Shown one piece after another: positions 61,501 through 64,000 of a stretch of 64,000 nucleotides of DNA; position 1 is the first letter of the stretch, and each line of letters opens with the position of its first letter. The notes under the pieces were generated by a model, which worked only from the letters and a program-made list of their open reading frames with translations, was not told the DNA's origin and made no database searches. The translations under genes were made by a program, and so were the position numbers. This stretch comes from the human T2T-CHM13v2.0 reference genome, Homo sapiens: the NCBI RefSeq assembly GCF_009914755.1, contig NC_060932.1; one strand, written 5' to 3'.

Positions 61501-64000
61501 TGTTATTTGTCTTTCTTCTTCCTTTCCTTTCCCCTTTCTCCTCTTTCCTTTCCTTCCCTTCCCTTTCTGTTTCCTTCATCTTCCTCTTTCCTTCATCTTC
61601 ATTTTAGTAAAGGTGATTTTCCTCTGGTGATATGATTTAATTTCTTGCTTTTTATTTTCTGTGTATCTGTTATATGTTTTTAGATTTGAGGTTAGCATGA
61701 GACTAGCAAATACTATCTTCTAGCCCATTATTTTAAGCTGATAGCAATTTAACACTGTGCACAAACAAACAAGCAAAAAGAAGGCTAATAAAAACTCTGA
61801 TTTTACTTCCTCCCCCTGCTTTTCAACTTTTTGTTTTTTCTATTTATATATATCGTACTGACTATGTCTTGAAAAGTTGTAGTTATTATTTTGATTGGTT
61901 CATCATCTAGTCTTTCTGCTTAGAATAAGAGTAGTTTTATGCACCCCAGTTAAAGTGTTATAATAATAAAGTGTTATAATAATAAAGTGTTTTTCTTTGT
62001 AGGTACTCTTACCAGTGAGTTTTGTACCTTCAGATGATTTATTATCACTCGTTAACATCCTTTTTCTTTCTGATTAAATAATTCCCTTGTACATTTCTTG
62101 CAGGACAGGTCTGGTGTTGATGAAATCCCTCAGCTTTTGTTTCTCTGGGAAAGTCTTTATTTCTCCATTATGTTTAAAGAATATATATATATATTTTTTT
62201 TACCAGATATGCTATCCTAAGGCAAAAGTTTTCTTTTTCCAGCACTTTTAAATATGTCATGCCACTCTCTCCTGACCTGTAAGGTTTCTGCTGAAAAGTC
62301 TGCTGCCAGACATATTGAATCTCCATTGTATATTATTTGTTCCTTTTCTCTTGCTGCTTTTAGGATCCTTTATCTTCGACCTTTAGGAGTTTGATTATTA
62401 AATGCTTTGAGGTAGTTTTCTTTGGGTTAAATCTGCTTGGTGTTCTATAACCTTCTTGTACTTGGATATTGATATCTTTCTCTAGGTTTGGGTAGTTATG
62501 TTATTATATTTTTGAAAAAAGCTTTCTACCCCCATCTCTTTATCTACCTCCTCTTTAAGGCCAATAACTCCTAGATTGGTCCCTTTGAGGCTATTTTGTA
62601 GATCTTGTAGATATGCTTTATTCTTTTTTATTCTTTTTTTATTTGTCTCCTCTGTGGATTTTCAAATAGCCTTTCTTCAAGCTCACTAATTCTTTCTTCT
62701 GCGTGGTCAGTTCTGCTATTAAGAGACTCTGATGCATTCTTCAGTAGGTCAATTGTGTCTTTCAACTGCAGAATTTCTGCTTGATTTTTTAAATAATTTC
62801 AATTTACTTTTAAAATTTATCTGATAGAATTTTGAATTCCTTCTCTGTGTTGTCTTGAATGTCTTTGAGTTTCCTCAAAATAGCTATGTTGAATTCTCTG
62901 TCTGAAAGGTCACATATCTCTGTTTCTCCAGGATTGGTCCTTGATGTCTTATTTAGTTCATTTGGTGAAGTCAGATTTTCCTGGATGGTCTTGATGCTTG
63001 TGGATGTTCTTTGGTTTCTGGGCATTGAAGAGTTAGGTATTTATTATAGTCTTTGCCATCTAGGCTTATTTGTAGCCATCCTCCTTGGGAAGGTTTTCCA
63101 GAGTATTTGAAAGGACTTAAGTGCTGTGATTTAAGCCATATTTGCATTAGGGGTCACCCCAACCTCAGTAATGGTGTGGTTTTTTGCAGACTCTTAGAGG
63201 TACTGTCTTGGTGGTCTTGGATAATATCCAGAAGAATTCTCTGGATTACCAGGCAGAGACACTTATTTTCTTTCCTTACTTTCTCTCAAACAAATGGAAT
63301 TTCTCTTTCTTTCTGTGCTGACTTTCTGGAGCTGGGGTTGGAGAGACACATTCCTGTGGCCACCACCACTTAGATTGTGCTGGATCAGACCTGAAGTCAG
63401 CATGGCACTGGGTCTCACGCAAGGCTTGCTGAAACCACTACCTGACTACTGACTATGTTCACTCAAGGCCCTGGAGCTCCACGATCAGCAGGTGGCAAAG
63501 CCAACCAGGCTTGTCTCCTCCCCTTTAGGGAGCAAGTTCTCACAGCCCCTGGGCAGGTGCAGAGATGCCATCCTGGAGCCAGGGATTGGAGTCAGAAACC
63601 TTAGAAATACACCTGGTGTTCTGTTCTACTGTGGCTGATCTGGCATTCCAACCACTTGACACAGTCCTTCCTACTCTTACTTTTTTTCCCATAGGCTAAG
63701 GACCCTCACCCTATGGCCTCTGCCACCACAGGCCCACAGGGAGTAATGCCAGGCCACCACTGATGTTGAGTTTAGGCCCAGTGATTCCTTAGTCAGCTTG
63801 TTGTGGGTGTGCAAGGCCTGGGACTCACTCTTCAGGGCAGTGGGCTCCCCTCTGTCCCAGGACAGGTCCAGAAGTGCTATCTAAGAGAAAAGTCCTGGAA
63901 TAAGGGAACCCAAGAGCCCTCTTGGTGCTCTACCCCACTGTGGTAGAGCATGTACCTGAAGTCAGCATGACTAAGTTCTACTCCAGGCCTACAGCATACT
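58555..64000 (-). mobile_element. Long L1MA/L1PB-class element with an internal ORF2 deletion near 60550, running off the window
   Basis: ORF2 pieces 58968-59258, 59631-59873, 59988-60281 and EN 60824-61579. ORF1 N-terminus 62810-63025. 5'UTR-like sequence to the end. Confidence 0.88.

Overview
Human (primate) genomic DNA, not prokaryotic. The window holds six internal coding exons of ADAM32 on the + strand (5954-6022, 9813-9884, 10079-10245, 14969-15050, 31965-32101, 56204-56384). All are GT-AG bounded and splice into one open 236-codon frame covering the catalytically dead reprolysin domain and the start of the disintegrin domain. The introns are mostly retroelements: a processed RPL3 pseudogene, three TSD-flanked long L1s plus an ~18-kb nested L1 stack, at least 12 Alus, solo LTR12C and LTR3-type LTRs, MaLR LTRs, a decayed ERV-L gag/pol remnant, MIR and L2. 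Nearly all six-frame ORFs are repeat-derived. I found no convincing new multi-gene system. The best leads are two sense-oriented retroelement promoters inside ADAM32 (LTR12C and an L1 antisense promoter), a compact DR1 plus TGACGTGG motif cluster, a young L1 with a tiny 3' transduction, and several L1 inversion signatures. Gene and subfamily names come from recalled sequences, not database searches.
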